NCBI RefSeq assembly: GCF_046119375.1
Contig: NW_027362764.1
Coordinates: 394,878,001 to 394,942,000, forward strand
DNA length: 64,000 nucleotides
Direction of reading: 5' to 3'
DNA from: Phyllobates terribilis
Lineage: Eukaryota
This document shows positions 23,890 through 36,754 of this stretch, in pieces. Below the pieces are notes generated by a model. The model searched no databases, was not told the DNA's origin, and was given only the letters and a program-made list of their open reading frames with translations. A program made the translations under genes and the position numbers. The first letter of the stretch is position 1. Every line of letters starts with the position of its first letter.

Positions 23890-25930
23890 TGGGTTAGATG
23901 CAGAAAAAAATTATATTCAATTTGCAACCTGATGGAGGTCAGTATAGATGGACTAATACAACAAGTCCCACACACAGCTAGAAGCCCAATATTTTTTCAG
24001 AGGTAGATGCAGAAAAAAATATATTCAGTTTGCAACCTGATGGAGGTCAGTATAGGTGGACTAATAGAACAAGTCCCACACACTGCTAGAAGGCCAAATA
24101 TTTTTTCAGAGCTACATGCAGAAAAAAATTAAATTCAGTTTGCAACCTGATGGAGGTCAGTATAGATGGATTAATAGAACAAGACCCACACACAGCTAGA
24201 AGCCCAATATTTTTTCAGAGGTAGATGCAGAAAAAAATATATTCAGTTTGCAACCTGATGGAGGTCAGTATAGATGGACTAATACAACAAGTCCCACACA
24301 CAGCTAGAAGCCCAAATATTTTTTCAGAGGTACTGTAGATGCAGATAAAAATTATTTTTAATTTGCAACCTGATGGAGGTCAGTATAGATGGACTAATAG
24401 AGAAAGTCCGACACACTACTAGAAGGCCAAATATTTTTTCAGAGCTAGATGCAGAAAAAAATTATATTCAGTTTGCAACCTGATGGAGGTCAGTATAGAT
24501 GGACTAATACAACAAGTCCCACACACAGCTAGAAGCCCAATATTTTTTCAGACGTAGATGCAGAAAAAAATATATTCAGTTTGCAACCTGATGGAGGTCA
24601 GTATAGGTGGACTAATAGAACAAGTCCCACACACTGCTAGAAGGCCAAATATTTTTTCAGAGCTACATGCAGAAAAAAATTATATTCAGTTTGCAACCTG
24701 ATGGAGGTCAGTATAGATGGATTAATAGAACAAGACCCACACACAGCTAGAAGCCCAATATTTTTCCAGAGGTAGATGCAGAAAAAAATTATATTCAGTT
24801 TGCAACCTGATGGAGGTCAGTATAGATGGATTAATAGAACAAGACCCACACACAGCTAGAAGCCCAATATTTTTTCAGAGCTAGATGCAGAAAAAAATTA
24901 TATTCAGTTTGCAACCTGATGGAGGTCAGTATAGATGGATTAATAGAACAAGACCCACACACAGCTAGAAGCCCAATATTTTTTCAGAGGTAGATGCAGA
25001 AAAAAATATATTCAGTTTGCAACCTGATGGAGGTCAGTATAGATGGACCAATACAACAAGTCCCACACACAGCTAGAAGCCCAATATTTTTTCAGAGGTA
25101 GATGCAGAAAAAAATATATTCAGTTTGCAACCTGATGGAGGTCAGTATAGATGGACTAATACAACAAGTCCCACACACAGCTAGAAGCCCAATATTTTTT
25201 CAGAGGTAGATGCAGAAAAAAATATATTCAGTTTGCAACCTGATGGAGGTCAGTATAGATGGACTAATACAACAAGTCCCACACACAGCTAGAAGCCCAA
25301 ATATTTTTTCAGAGGTACTGTAGATGCAGATAAAAATTATTTTTAATTTGCAACCTGATGGAGGTCAGTATAGATGGACTAATAGAGAAAGTCCGACACA
25401 CTACTAGAAGGCCAAATATTTTTTCAGAGCTAGATGCAGAAAAAAATTATATTCAGTTTGCAACCTGATGGAGGTCAGTATAGATGGATTAATAGAACAA
25501 GACCCACACACAGCTAGAAGCCCAATATTTTTTCAGAGGTAGATGCAGAAAAAAATATATTCAGTTTGCAACCTGATGGAGGTCAGTATAGATGGACTAA
25601 TACAACAAGTCCCACACACAGCTAGAAGCCCAATATTTTTTCAGAGGTAGATGCAGAAAAAAATATATTCAGTTTGCAACCTGATGGAGGTCAGTATAGA
25701 TGGATTAATAGAACAAGACCCACACACAGCTAGAAGCCCAATATTTTTTCAGAGCTAGATGCAGAAAAAAATTATATTCAGTTTGCAACCTGATGGAGAT
25801 CAGTATAGATGGATTAATAGAACAAGACCCACACACAGCTAGAAGCCCAATATTTTTTCAGAGCTAGATGCAGAAAAAAATTAGATTCAGTTTGCAACCT
25901 GATGGAGGTCAGTATAGATGGACTAATAGA
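23890..25930. repeat. Tandem array, ~108-110 bp x ~19, between the B1 5' end and its ATG
   Basis: 19 occurrences of GCAACCTGATGGAG counted. Confidence 0.92.
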
Positions 25931-26856
25931 ATGATGCTATGCCCAAAATATTTTACTTCACTAGGTGCAGTAAAAAAATTGGTATTCTATACACAGGTGG
26001 TATATCTTGCAACACAGATAGGCTACTCCACTGACTAACAGACTCTGCAATAGGCCAAAAAGGATTAGCTTTGCTAGATTCAGCCAAATGCTGTGAAAAA
26101 AAACTTGCACAGCACTGGCACAGACCTGCCTGGCAAAAACTGATAGGAACTGATGTAACCTAGTCCTGAAAAGGACTCCAATTACAATTAGTCTTTACTC
26201 CCACAACCTATCTATTTAAGAGCACAGACCTGCCTGATAAAAGTCGTAGGAAATGCTGTAACCTAGTCCTTAAAAGGACTGCAATCACAACTATTCCCTA
26301 CTCCCAAGCTATCTGTATATTTGTGCGAAAATTGGCTTGAAATTAACAAGGTATAGCGCACACAGCAACAGCGGTGCCGTCTAACACGCAGCTGCAGCAG
26401 TGAGAAAATGGTGGCGACGGGGAAAATGGCTTGGTCTTATAGGGCAAGGACATGTGACATACACTGCCAATGACACATGCCCTTGCTTGTGTGAAAAAAA
26501 GCACTTCGCTCCGTGTGTGCGCTGCTGATAGGCTGACAGATTGCACCTCCCCACTGTAAATGCGGGAAAGAGAAAAAAAAATGGAGATCTTCATTGTTCC
26601 TGCAGAGATCCATCCCCTGCCCCTCCCCCCACCCCGCTGTACACTCAAACTGCGTATTAACATTAATTTTCATCATTACTGAGAAAAAATCCAGTTATGA
26701 TTTTCGTGCACGAACAGTTATCGAACATAACCTCGAACAGCCGAATTTTTCTCAAATTGTTCGTGTTCGCCGAACGGCTCGAACACCGCCCAAAACAGCT
26801 CGAATTTGAGATTGGCGAACAGTTCGAGTAGAACAACGCTCATCTCTATTCACCAC

Positions 26857-27971
26857 CACTGATTGGGCCTCTATGAAGGACATTTGCACGTTTTGCGTGC
26901 CTTCGATTATTCCACGCGAATGGCGAGTGCAGATGATGCACTAGTCAGCATGACTATCCCCCTTATCTGCTTGCTTGAAAAAACACTACAAGCACTAAGG
27001 GACGAGGTTTTGGAAGAGGTGGAGGATGAGGAGTCACAAATGCCATCTGCTTCTCTACAGTCTGCGCAACGTGGTTCCTCATAAAGGCCTAGGCAGGGGA
27101 CACTTTGTGAGGAGGATGAGGAGGAGTCAATGGATGAGGAAGACATCTGTCCAGAGGAGGGAGGTACACAATGCTCTAGTAGTCAGTATCTAGAGCGAGG
27201 GTGGGGTGATGCAGATCAGGCAGAGATCACGCCTCAAGCAGGGGACAGCGTTTCTTGGCCAGTTGGCAGTCTGCAGCACATGGTTGATTTCATGCTGAAG
27301 TGCCTGAGAAACGACCGCCGCATCGCCCACATTCTCAACACGGCTGATTATTGGGTGTCCACCCTCCTAGATCCTCACTACCGGGACAACTTACAAAGCC
27401 TCATAACACCGTTGAACCAGGAGCGTAAAATGCGGGAGTACCAAGACGCACTGGTGCATTCCATCATGTTCTCCATTCCAGTGCTGCTAGTGCTTTACAA
27501 AGCAGCACAGTGCGTCGAGGCAGTGGAGGAAGCTCTGCACAAAGAGGGAGCAGAAGCAGCGCCTCAGCACAAGGCAAGACCAGTATGGCCGAAATGTGGC
27601 AAAGTTTTGTGTCCCCGCCGCCACAAATGTCTACACCATCACAGACGGCTCCAGTCAGCAGGAGGCAACGTTTCCGTCAGATGGTGACAGACTACATGTC
27701 TTGCCCTCTCAGTGTACTCCCAGACGGCTCTTCTCCCTTCAAGTTTTGGGTCTGTAAGCTGGATACATGGCCAGAGCTTAGTCAGAATGCATTGGAGGTG
27801 CTAGCTTGCCCTGCTGCTAGTGTATAATCGGAACGCGTCTTTAGTGCCGCAGGTGGTGTACTAACAGACCGTCGCATGCGACTATCCTCCGATAACGTTG
27901 ACCGGCTTACTTTTCTCAAAATGAACAAGGCCTGGATGTCTCATGAATTTGCCAGTCCTCTTCCAGAATAA
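26857..27971 (+). pseudogene. hAT-A transposase, 3' part
   Basis: TDWASMKDI..., YWVSTLLDP, WVCKLDTWPELSQNALEVLACPAASV, FLKMNKAW...PLPE*; frameshifts and stops. Confidence 0.92.
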
Positions 27972-28021
27972 ATAATTGGTTGGCAACAGTATCCAGGTCT
28001 CCTGTTGTGTTCATATTTTTA

Positions 28022-31000
28022 CCACCTGAACTGTAATCCCTGAGCTCCAACACCGCCAGTTGGCGCTCGGAAGTGCCGGCTGCACAGTCAAAACTTGCTG
28101 CTGTGTTATTGGGGTTCAGTAACGTCAGCTGTTCCCCTGCTGTGCGGACAGCAATTTCTCCTGCTCTGTCCACCTTCTCACTACTACAGATTTTAAAGTT
28201 GCTCCAATTACACCTCTGGCTCCTCTGTTTTCAGAATTATCCCTGAGCTCCAACACCGCCAGTTGGCGCTCGGAAGTGCCGTCTGCACAGTCAACACTTG
28301 CTGCCGTGTTATTGGGGTTCAGTAACGTCAGCTGTTCCCCTGCTGTGCGGACGGCAATTTTTCCTGCTCTGTCCACCTTCTCACTACTACAGATTTTAAA
28401 GTTGCTCCAATTACACCTCTGGCTCCTCTGTTTTCAGTATTATCCCTGAGCTCCAACACCGCCAGTTGGCGCTCGGAAGTGCCGTCTGCACAGTCAACGC
28501 TTGCTCCAGTGTTATTGGGGTTCAGTAACGTCAGCTGATCCCCAGCTGTGTGTCCGGCAAATTCTCCTGCTTTGTCCACATCCACTGTACTACTGATTTA
28601 AAACCTCCTCCAAATACACCTCTGGCTCCTCTGTTTTTAGAATTTACCCTGGGCTCCAATACCGCTAGTTGCTGCTCAGAAGTGCCGTCTGCACAGTCAA
28701 TGCTTGGTCCAGTGTTATTGGGGTTCAGTAACGTCAGCTGATCCCCAGCTGTGTGTCCGGCAATTTCTCCTGCTCTGTCCACATTCACACTACTACAGAT
28801 TTTAAAGTTGCTCCAATTACACCTCTGGCTCCTCTGTTTTCAGTATTATCCCTGAGCTCCAACACCGCCAGTTGGCGCTCGGAAGTGCCGTCTGCACAGT
28901 CAACGCTTGCTCCAGTGTTATTGGGGTTCAGTAACGTCAGCTGATCCCCAGCTGTGTGTCCGGCAAATTCTCCTGCTTTGTCCACATCCACTGTACTACT
29001 GATTTAAAACCTCCTCCAAATACACCTCTGGCTCCTCTGTTTTTAGTATTTACCCTGGGCTCCAATACCGCTAGTTGCTGCTCAGAAGTGCCGTCTGCAC
29101 ATTCAACGCTTGCTCCAGTGTTATTGGGGTTCAGTAACGTCAGCTGATCCCCAGCTCTGTGTCCGGCAATTTCTCCTGCTCTGTCCACATTCACACTACT
29201 ACAGATTTTAAAGTTGCTCCAATTACACCTCTGGCTCCTCTGTTTTCAGTATTATCCCTGAGCTCCAACACCGCCAGTTGGCGATCGGAAGTGCCGTCTG
29301 CACAGTCAACACTTGCTGCCGTGTTATTGGGGTTCAGTAACGTCAGATGTTCCCCTGCTGTGCGGACGGCAATTTCTCCTGCTCTGTCCACCTACTCACT
29401 ACTACAGATTTTAAAGTTGCTCCAATTACACCTCTGGCTCCTCTGTATTCAGTATTATCCCTGAGCTCCAACACCGCCAGTTGGCGATCGGAAGTGCCGT
29501 CTGCACAGTCAACGCTTGCTGCCGTGTTATTGGGGTTCAGTAACGTCAGTTGTTCCCCTGCTGTGCGGACGGCAATTTCTCCTGCTCTGTCCACCTTCTC
29601 ACTACTACAGATTTTAAAGTTGCTCCAATTACACCTATGGCTCCTAAGTTTTCAGTATTATCCCTGAGCTTCAACACCGCCAGTTGGCGCTCGGAAGTGC
29701 CGTCTGCACAGTCAACGCTTGCTCCAGTGTTATTGGGGTTCAGTAACGTCAGCTGATCCCCAGCTGTGTGTCCGGCAAATTCTCCTGCTTTGTCCACATC
29801 CACTGTACTACTGATTTAAAACCTCCTCCAAATACACCTTTGGCTCCTCTGTTTTTAGTATTTACCCTGGGCTCCAATACCGCTAGTTGCTGCTCAGAAG
29901 TGCCGTCTGCACAGTCAATGCTTGCTCCAGTGTTATTGGGGTTCAGTAACGTCAGCTGATCCCCAGCTGTGTGTCCAGCAATTTCTCCTGCTCTGTCCAC
30001 ATTCACACTACTACAGATTTTAAAGTTGCTCCAATTACACCTCTGGCTCCTCTGTTTTCAGTATTATCCCTGAGCTCCAACACCGCCAGTTGGCGCTCGG
30101 AAGTGCCGTCTGCACAGTCAACACTTGCTGCTGTGTTATTGGGGTTCAGTAACGTCAGCTGTTCCTCTGCTGTGCGGACGGCAATTTCTCCTGCTCTGTC
30201 CACCTTCTCACTACTACAGATTTTAAAGTTGCTCCAATTACATCTCTGGCTCCTAAGTTTTCAGTATTATCCCTGAGCTCCAACACCGCCAGTTGGCGCT
30301 CGGAAGTGCCGTCTGCTCAGTCAAAGCTTGCTCCAGTGTTATTGGGGTTCAGTAACGTAAGCTGATCCCCAGCTGTGTGTCCGGCAAATTCTCCTGCTTT
30401 GTCCACATCCACTGTACTACTGATTTAAAACCTCCTCCAAATACACCTCTGGCTCCTCTGTTTTTAGTATTTACCCTGGGCTCCAATACCGCTAGTTGCT
30501 GCTCAGAAGTGCCGTCTGCACAGTCAATGCTTGCTCCAGTGTTATTGGGGTTCAGTAACGTCAGCTGATCCCCAGCTCTGTGTCCGGCAATTTCTCCTTC
30601 TCTGTCCACATTCACACTACTACAGATTTTAAAGTTGCTCCAATTACACCTCTGGCTCTTCTGTTTTCAGTATTATCCCTGAGCTCCAACACCGCCAGTT
30701 GGCGCTCGGAAGTGCCGTCTGCACAGTCAACACTTGCTGCCGTGTTATTGGGGTTCAGTAACGTCAGCTGTTCCCCTGCTGTGCGGACGGCAATTTCTCC
30801 TGCTCTGTCCACCTTCTCACTACTACAGATTTCAAAGTTGCTCCAATTACACCTCTGGCTCCTCTGTTTTCAGTATTATCCCTGAGCTCCAACACCGCCA
30901 GTTGGCGCTCGGAAGTGCCGTCTGCACAGTCAACGCTTGCTGCCGTGTTATTGGGGTTCAGTAACGTCAGTTGTTCCCCTTCTGTGCGGACGGCAATTTC

Positions 31001-33930
31001 TCCTGCTCTGTTCACCTTCTCACTACTACAGATTTTAAAGTTGCTCCAATTACACCTCTGGTTCCTAAGTTTTCAGTATTATCCCTGAGCTTCAACACCG
31101 CCAGTTGGCGCTCGGAAGTGCCGTCTGCACAGTCAACACTTGCTGCCGTGTTATTGGGGTTCAGTAACGTCAGCTGTTCCCCTGCTGTGCGGAAGGAAAT
31201 TTCTCCTGCTCTGTCCACCTTCTCACTACTACAGATTTTAAAGTTGCTCCAATTACATCTCTGGCTCCTCTGTTTTCAGTATTATCCCTGAGCTCCAACA
31301 CCACCAGTTGGCGCTCGGAAGTGCCGTCTGCACAGTTAACACTTGCTGCTGTGTTATTGGGGTTCAGTAACGTCAGCTGTTCCTCTGCTGTGCGGACAGC
31401 AATTTCTCCTGCTCTGTCCACCTTCTCACTACTACAGATTTTAAAGTTGCTCCAATTACACCTCTGGCTCCTCTGTTTTCAGTATTATCCCTGAGCTCCA
31501 ACACCGCCAGTTGGCGCTCGGAAGTGCCGTCTGCACAGTCAACGCTTGCTCCAGTGTTATTGGGGTTCAGTAACGTCAGCTGATCCCCAGCTGTGTGTCC
31601 GGCAAATTCTCCTACTTTGTCCACATCCACTGTACTACTGATTTAAAACCTCCTCCAAATATACCTCTGGCTCCTCTGTTTTTAGTATTTACCCTGGGCT
31701 CCAATACCGCTAGTTGCTGCTCAGAAGTGCCGTCTGCACAGTCAATGCTTGCTCCAGTGTTATTGGGGTTCAGTAACGTCAGCTGATCCCCAGCTGTGTG
31801 TCCGGCAAATTCTCCTGCTTTGTCCACATCCACTGTACTACTGATTTAAAACCTCCTCCAAATACACCTCTGGCTCCTCTGTTTTTAGTATTTACCCTGG
31901 GCTCCAATACCGCTAGTTGCTGCTCAGAAGTGCCGTCTGCACAGTCAACGCTTGCTCCAGTGTTATTGGGGTTCAGTAACGTCAGCTGATCCCCAGCTGT
32001 GTGTCCAACAATTTCTCCTGCTCTGTCCACATTCACACTACTACAGATTTTAAAGCTGCTCCAATTACACCTCTGGCTCCTCTGTTTTCAGTATTATCCC
32101 TAAGCTCCAACACCGCCTGTTGGCGCTCGGAAGTGCCATCTGCACAGTCAACGCTTGCTCCAGTGTTATTGGGGCTCAGTAACGTCAGCTGATCCCCAGC
32201 TGTGTGTCCGGCAAATTCTCCTGCTTTATCCACATCCACTGTACTACTGATTTAAAACCTCCTCCAAATAAACCTCTGGCTCCTCTGTTTTTAGTATTTA
32301 CCCTGGGCTCCAATACCACTAGTTGCTGCTCAGAAGTGCCGTCTGCACAGTCAACGCTTGCTCCAGTGTTATTGGGGTTCAGTAACGTCAGCTGATCCCC
32401 AGCTCTGTGTCCGGCAAATTCTCCTGCTTTATCCACATCCACTGTACTACTGATTTAAAACCTCCTCCAAATACACCTCTGGCTCCTCTGTTTTTAGTAT
32501 TTACCCTGGGCTCCAATACCGCTAATTGCTGCTCAGAAGTGCCGTCTGCACAGTCAACGCTTGCTCCAGTGTTATTGGGGTTCAGTAACGTCAGCTGATC
32601 CCCAGCTGTGTGTCCAGCAATTTCTCCTGCTCTGTTCACATTCACACTACTACAGATTTTAAAGTTGCTCCAATTACACCTCTAGCTCCTCTGTTTTCAG
32701 TATTATCCCTGAGCTCCAACACCGCCAGTTGGCACTCGGAAGTGCCGTCTGCACAGTCAACACTTGCTGCCGTGTTATTGGGGTTCAGTAACGTCAGCTG
32801 TTCCCCTGCTGTGCGGACGGCAATTTCTCCTGCTCTGTCCACCTTCTCACTACTACAGATTTTAAAGTTGCTCCAATTACACCTCTGGCTCCTCTGTTTT
32901 CAGTATTATCCCTGAGCTCCAACACCGCCAGTTGGCGCTCGGAAGTGCCGTCTGCACAGTCAACACTTGCTGCCGTGTTATTGGGGTTCAGTAACGTCAG
33001 CTGATCCCCAGCTGTGTGTCCGGCAAATTCTCCTGCTTTGTCCACATCCACTGTACTACTGATTTAAAACCTCCTCCAAATACACCTCTGGCTCCTCTGT
33101 TTTTAGTATTTACCCTGGGCTCCAATACCGCTAGTTGCTGCTCAGAAGTGCCGTCTGCACAGTCAATGCTTGCTCCCGTGTTATTGGGGTTCAGTTACGT
33201 CAGCTGATCCCCAGTTGTGTGTCCGGCAATTTCTCCTGCTCTGTCCTCATTCACACTACTACAGATTTTAAAGTTGCTCCAATTACACCTCTGGCTCCTC
33301 TGTTTTCAGTATTATCCCTGAGCTCCAACACCGCTAGTAGGCACTCGAAAGTGCCGTCTGCACAGTCAACGTTTGCTCCAGTGTTATTGGGGTTCAGTAA
33401 CGTCAGCTGATCCCCAGCTGTGTGTCCGGCAAATTCTCCTGCTTTGTCCACATCCACTGTACTACAGATTTAAAACCTCCTCCAAATACACCTCTGGCTC
33501 CTCTGTTTTTAGTATTTACCCTGGGCTCCAATACCGCTAGTTGCTGCTCAGAAGTGCCGTCTGCACAGTCAACGTTTGCTCCAGTGTTATTGGGGTTCAG
33601 TAACGTCAGCTGATCCCCAGCTGTGTGTCCGGCAAATTCTCCTGCTTTGTCCACATCCACTGTACTACTGATTTAAAACCTCCTCCAAATACACCTCTGG
33701 CTCCTCTGTTTTTAGTATTTACCCTGGGCTCCAATACCGCTAGTTGCTGCTCAGAAGTGCCGTCTGCACAGTCAACGCTTGCTCCAGTGTTATTGGGGTT
33801 CAGTACCGTCAGCTGATCCCCAGCTGTGTGTCCGGCAAGTTCTCCTGCTCTGTCCACATTCACACTACTATAGATTTTAAAGTTGCTACAATTACGCCTC
33901 TGGCTCCACTCTGTTTTTAGTATTTACCCT
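28022..33930. repeat. 203-bp tandem array, ~29 units, two interspersed variant types
   Basis: The same unit position recurs at 28184 and 33868 (exactly 28 x 203); ORF-track hits repeat every 203 bp. Confidence 0.95.
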
Positions 33931-36715
33931 GGGTTCCAGCACCGCCAGCTGGTTCCCAGCAGTGTCTTTGGCACGGGTACTCCCTCCTGCCCAGCCTGGT
34001 TCCAGCACGCCAGCTGTTTCCGGGTAGTGTCAACGTCACTTTGCCTCCAATGCGTTGTCCTGTCGTGTTGCGGTCGGTTTAGCCGACTCTATGGTGCCTG
34101 CAGTTTAGGTGACTCCTATGTGGGCTGCGGGATCTGGCAATGAAGGCTGGTTCCATAGTGCCAACAGGACAAGCCCCTGTAGGACTGTGGGTTTTGGTAA
34201 CTGCGGCCGGCTTGCGGCCTTGAAACTTTTTTTTACATGGGTACCTTCTGCTACCCATATGGGTTCCAGTACCGTCAGCTGGTTCTCAGCAGTGCCTTTG
34301 GATTAGGTGCCTCCTTCTCGGTATCCAAGTTCCACCAACGTCTGCTGGTCCTTGGTAGTGCTTTCTGGCACAGGTACCTCCTGCTTAGTAACGAGTTCCA
34401 GTACTGTCAGCAGGTCCTCGGTAGTTCCATTGGCTCTTGTACCTTCTGCTACCCATCCGGGTTCCAGTACCGTCAGCTGGTTCTCGGCAGTTCCTTTGGA
34501 TTAGGTGCCTCCTTCTCAGGTATCCAAGTTCCACCAACGTCTGCTGGTCCTTGGTAGAACTTTCTGGCACAGGTACCTCCTGCTTAGTAACCTAGTTCCA
34601 GTACCGTCAGCTGGTCCTCGGTAGTTCCATTGGCTCTTGTACCTTCTGCTACCCATCCGGGTTCCAGTACCGTCAGCTGGTTCTCGGCAGTGCCTTTGGA
34701 TTAGGTGCCTCCTTCTCGGTATCCAAGTTCCACCAATGTCTGCTGGTCCTTGGTTGTGCTTTCTGGCACAGGTACCTCCTGCTTAGTAACCGAGTTCCAG
34801 TACCGTCAGCTGGTCCTCGGTAGTTCCATTGGCTCTTGTACCTTCTGCTACCCATCCAGTTCCAGTACCGTCAGCTGGTTCTCGGCAGTGCCTTTGGATT
34901 AGGTGCCTCCTGCTCGGTATCCAAGTTCCACCAACGTCTGCTGGTCCTTGGTAGTGCTTTCTGACACAGGTACCTCCTGCTTAGTAACCGAGTTCCAGTA
35001 CCGTCAGCTGGTCCTCGGTAGTTCCATTGGCTCTTGTACCTTCTGCTACCCATTCATGTTTCAGTACCGTCAGCTGGTCCTTGGTAGCTCCATTTGCTCT
35101 TGTACCTTCTACTACCCATCCGGGTTCCAGTACCGTCAGCTGGTTCTCGGCAGTGTCTTTGGCACGGGTACGCCCTCCTGCCCAGCCTGGTTCCAGCACG
35201 CCAGCTGTTTCCGGGTAGTGTCAACGTCACTTTTCCTCCAATGCGTTGTCCAGTCGTGTTGCGGTTGGGTTAGCCGACTCTATGGTGCCTGCAGTTTAGG
35301 TGACTCCTATGTGGGCTGCGGGATCTGGCAATGAAGGCTGGTTCCATAGTGCCAATAGGACTAGCACCCCCTGTAGGACTGTGGGTTTTGGTAACTGCGG
35401 CCGGCTCGCGGCCTTGAAGCTTTTTTTTACATTGGTACCTTCTGCTACCCATCCGGGTTCCAGTACCGTCAGCTGGTTCTCGGCAGTGCCTTTGGATTAG
35501 GTGACTCCTTCTCGGTATCCAAGTTCCACCAACGTCTGCTGGTCCTTGGTAGTGCTTTCTGACACAGGTACCTCCTGCTTAGTAACCGAGTTCCAGTACC
35601 GTCAGCTGGTCCTTGGTAGTTCTATTGGCTCTTGTATCTTCTGCTACCCATCCGGGTTCCAGTGCCGTCAGCTGGTCCTCGGTAGTTCCATTTGCTCTTG
35701 TACCTTCTACTACCCATCCGGGTTCCAGTACCGTCAGCTGGTTCTCGGCAGTGTCTTTTGCACGGGTACTCCCTCCTGCCCGCCTGGTTCCAGCACGCCA
35801 GCTGTTTCCGGGTAGTGTCAACATCACTTTGCCTCCAATGCGTTGTCCTGTCGTGTTGCGGTCGGGTTAGCCGACTCTATGGTGCCTGCAGTTTAGGTGA
35901 CTCATATATGGGCTGCGGTATCTGGCAATGAAGGCTGGTTCCATAGTGCCAATAGGACAAGCACCCCCTGTAGGACTGTGGGTTTTGGTAACTGCGGCCG
36001 GCTCGCGGCCTTGAAACTTTTTTTTACATCGGTACCTTCTGCTACCCATCCGGGTTCCAGTACCGTCAGCTGGTTCTCGGCAGTGCCTTTGGATCAGGTG
36101 CCTCCTTCTCGGTATCCAAGTTCCACCAACGTCTGCTGGTCCTTGGTAGTGCTTACTGGCACAGGTACCTCCTGCTTAGTAACCGAGTTCCAGTACCGTC
36201 AGCTGGTCCTCGGTAGTTCCTTTGGCTCTTGTACCTTCTGCTACCCATCCGGGTTCCAGTACCGTCAGCTGGTTCTCGGCAGTGCCTTTGGATTATGTGC
36301 CTCCTTCTCGGTCTCCAAGTTCCACCAACGTCTGCTGGTCCTTGGTAGTGCTTTCTGACACAGGTACCTCCTGCTTAGTAACCGAGTTCCAGTACCGTCA
36401 GCTGGTCCTCTGTAGTTTCATTGGCTCTTGTACCTTCTGCTACCCATCTGGGTTCCAGTACCGTCAGCTGGTTCTCAGCAGTGCCTTTGGATTAGGTGCC
36501 TCCTTCTCGGTATCCAAGTTCCACCAACGTCTGCTGGTCCTTGGTAGTGCTTTCTGGCACAGGTACCTCCTGCTTAGTAACCGAGTTCCAGTACCATCAG
36601 CTGGTCCTCGGTAGTTCCATTGGCTCTTGTACCTTCTGCTACCCATCCGGGTTCCAGTACCGTCAGCTGGTCCTCGGTAGTTCCTCAGCCTTCTTGTACC
36701 TTCTGCTACATTTCC
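33930..36715. repeat. Composite array of ~198-199 bp units plus a ~300-bp block x3
   Basis: GTACCTTCTGCTACCCATCCGGGTTCCAGTACCGTCAGCTGG units; longer block at ~33930, ~35150 and ~35745. Confidence 0.9.
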
Positions 36716-36754
36716 AAGTTCAAGCTTTTTGAAATGGTTCTTGTTAATCACTCT

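Larger units (their letters stand above)
15599..26848 (-). mobile_element. hAT element B1 (11,250 bp), putatively autonomous
   Basis: Termini TAGTGTTGAGCC and (reverse complement) TAGAGATGAGCG; TSD TTCACCAC at 15591-15598 and 26849-26856; GTTCG/CGAAC subterminal repeats; the A reading frame resumes after the TSD. Confidence 0.92.

Noticed and set aside
23890-25930. CTGATGG in the 108-bp array as a hammerhead core
   Set aside because: The core would need CUGANGA; there is no stem II-GAAA-stem III-NUH arrangement.
28022-33930. CRISPR-like array
   Set aside because: Contiguous tandem units with no unique spacers, no cas genes, and a eukaryotic context.
27916-36732. Dozens of repeated 60-150 aa ORFs that look like a gene family
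   Set aside because: They are translations of 203-bp and ~199-bp satellite units. Unit lengths mostly break the reading frame and no domains are recognisable.
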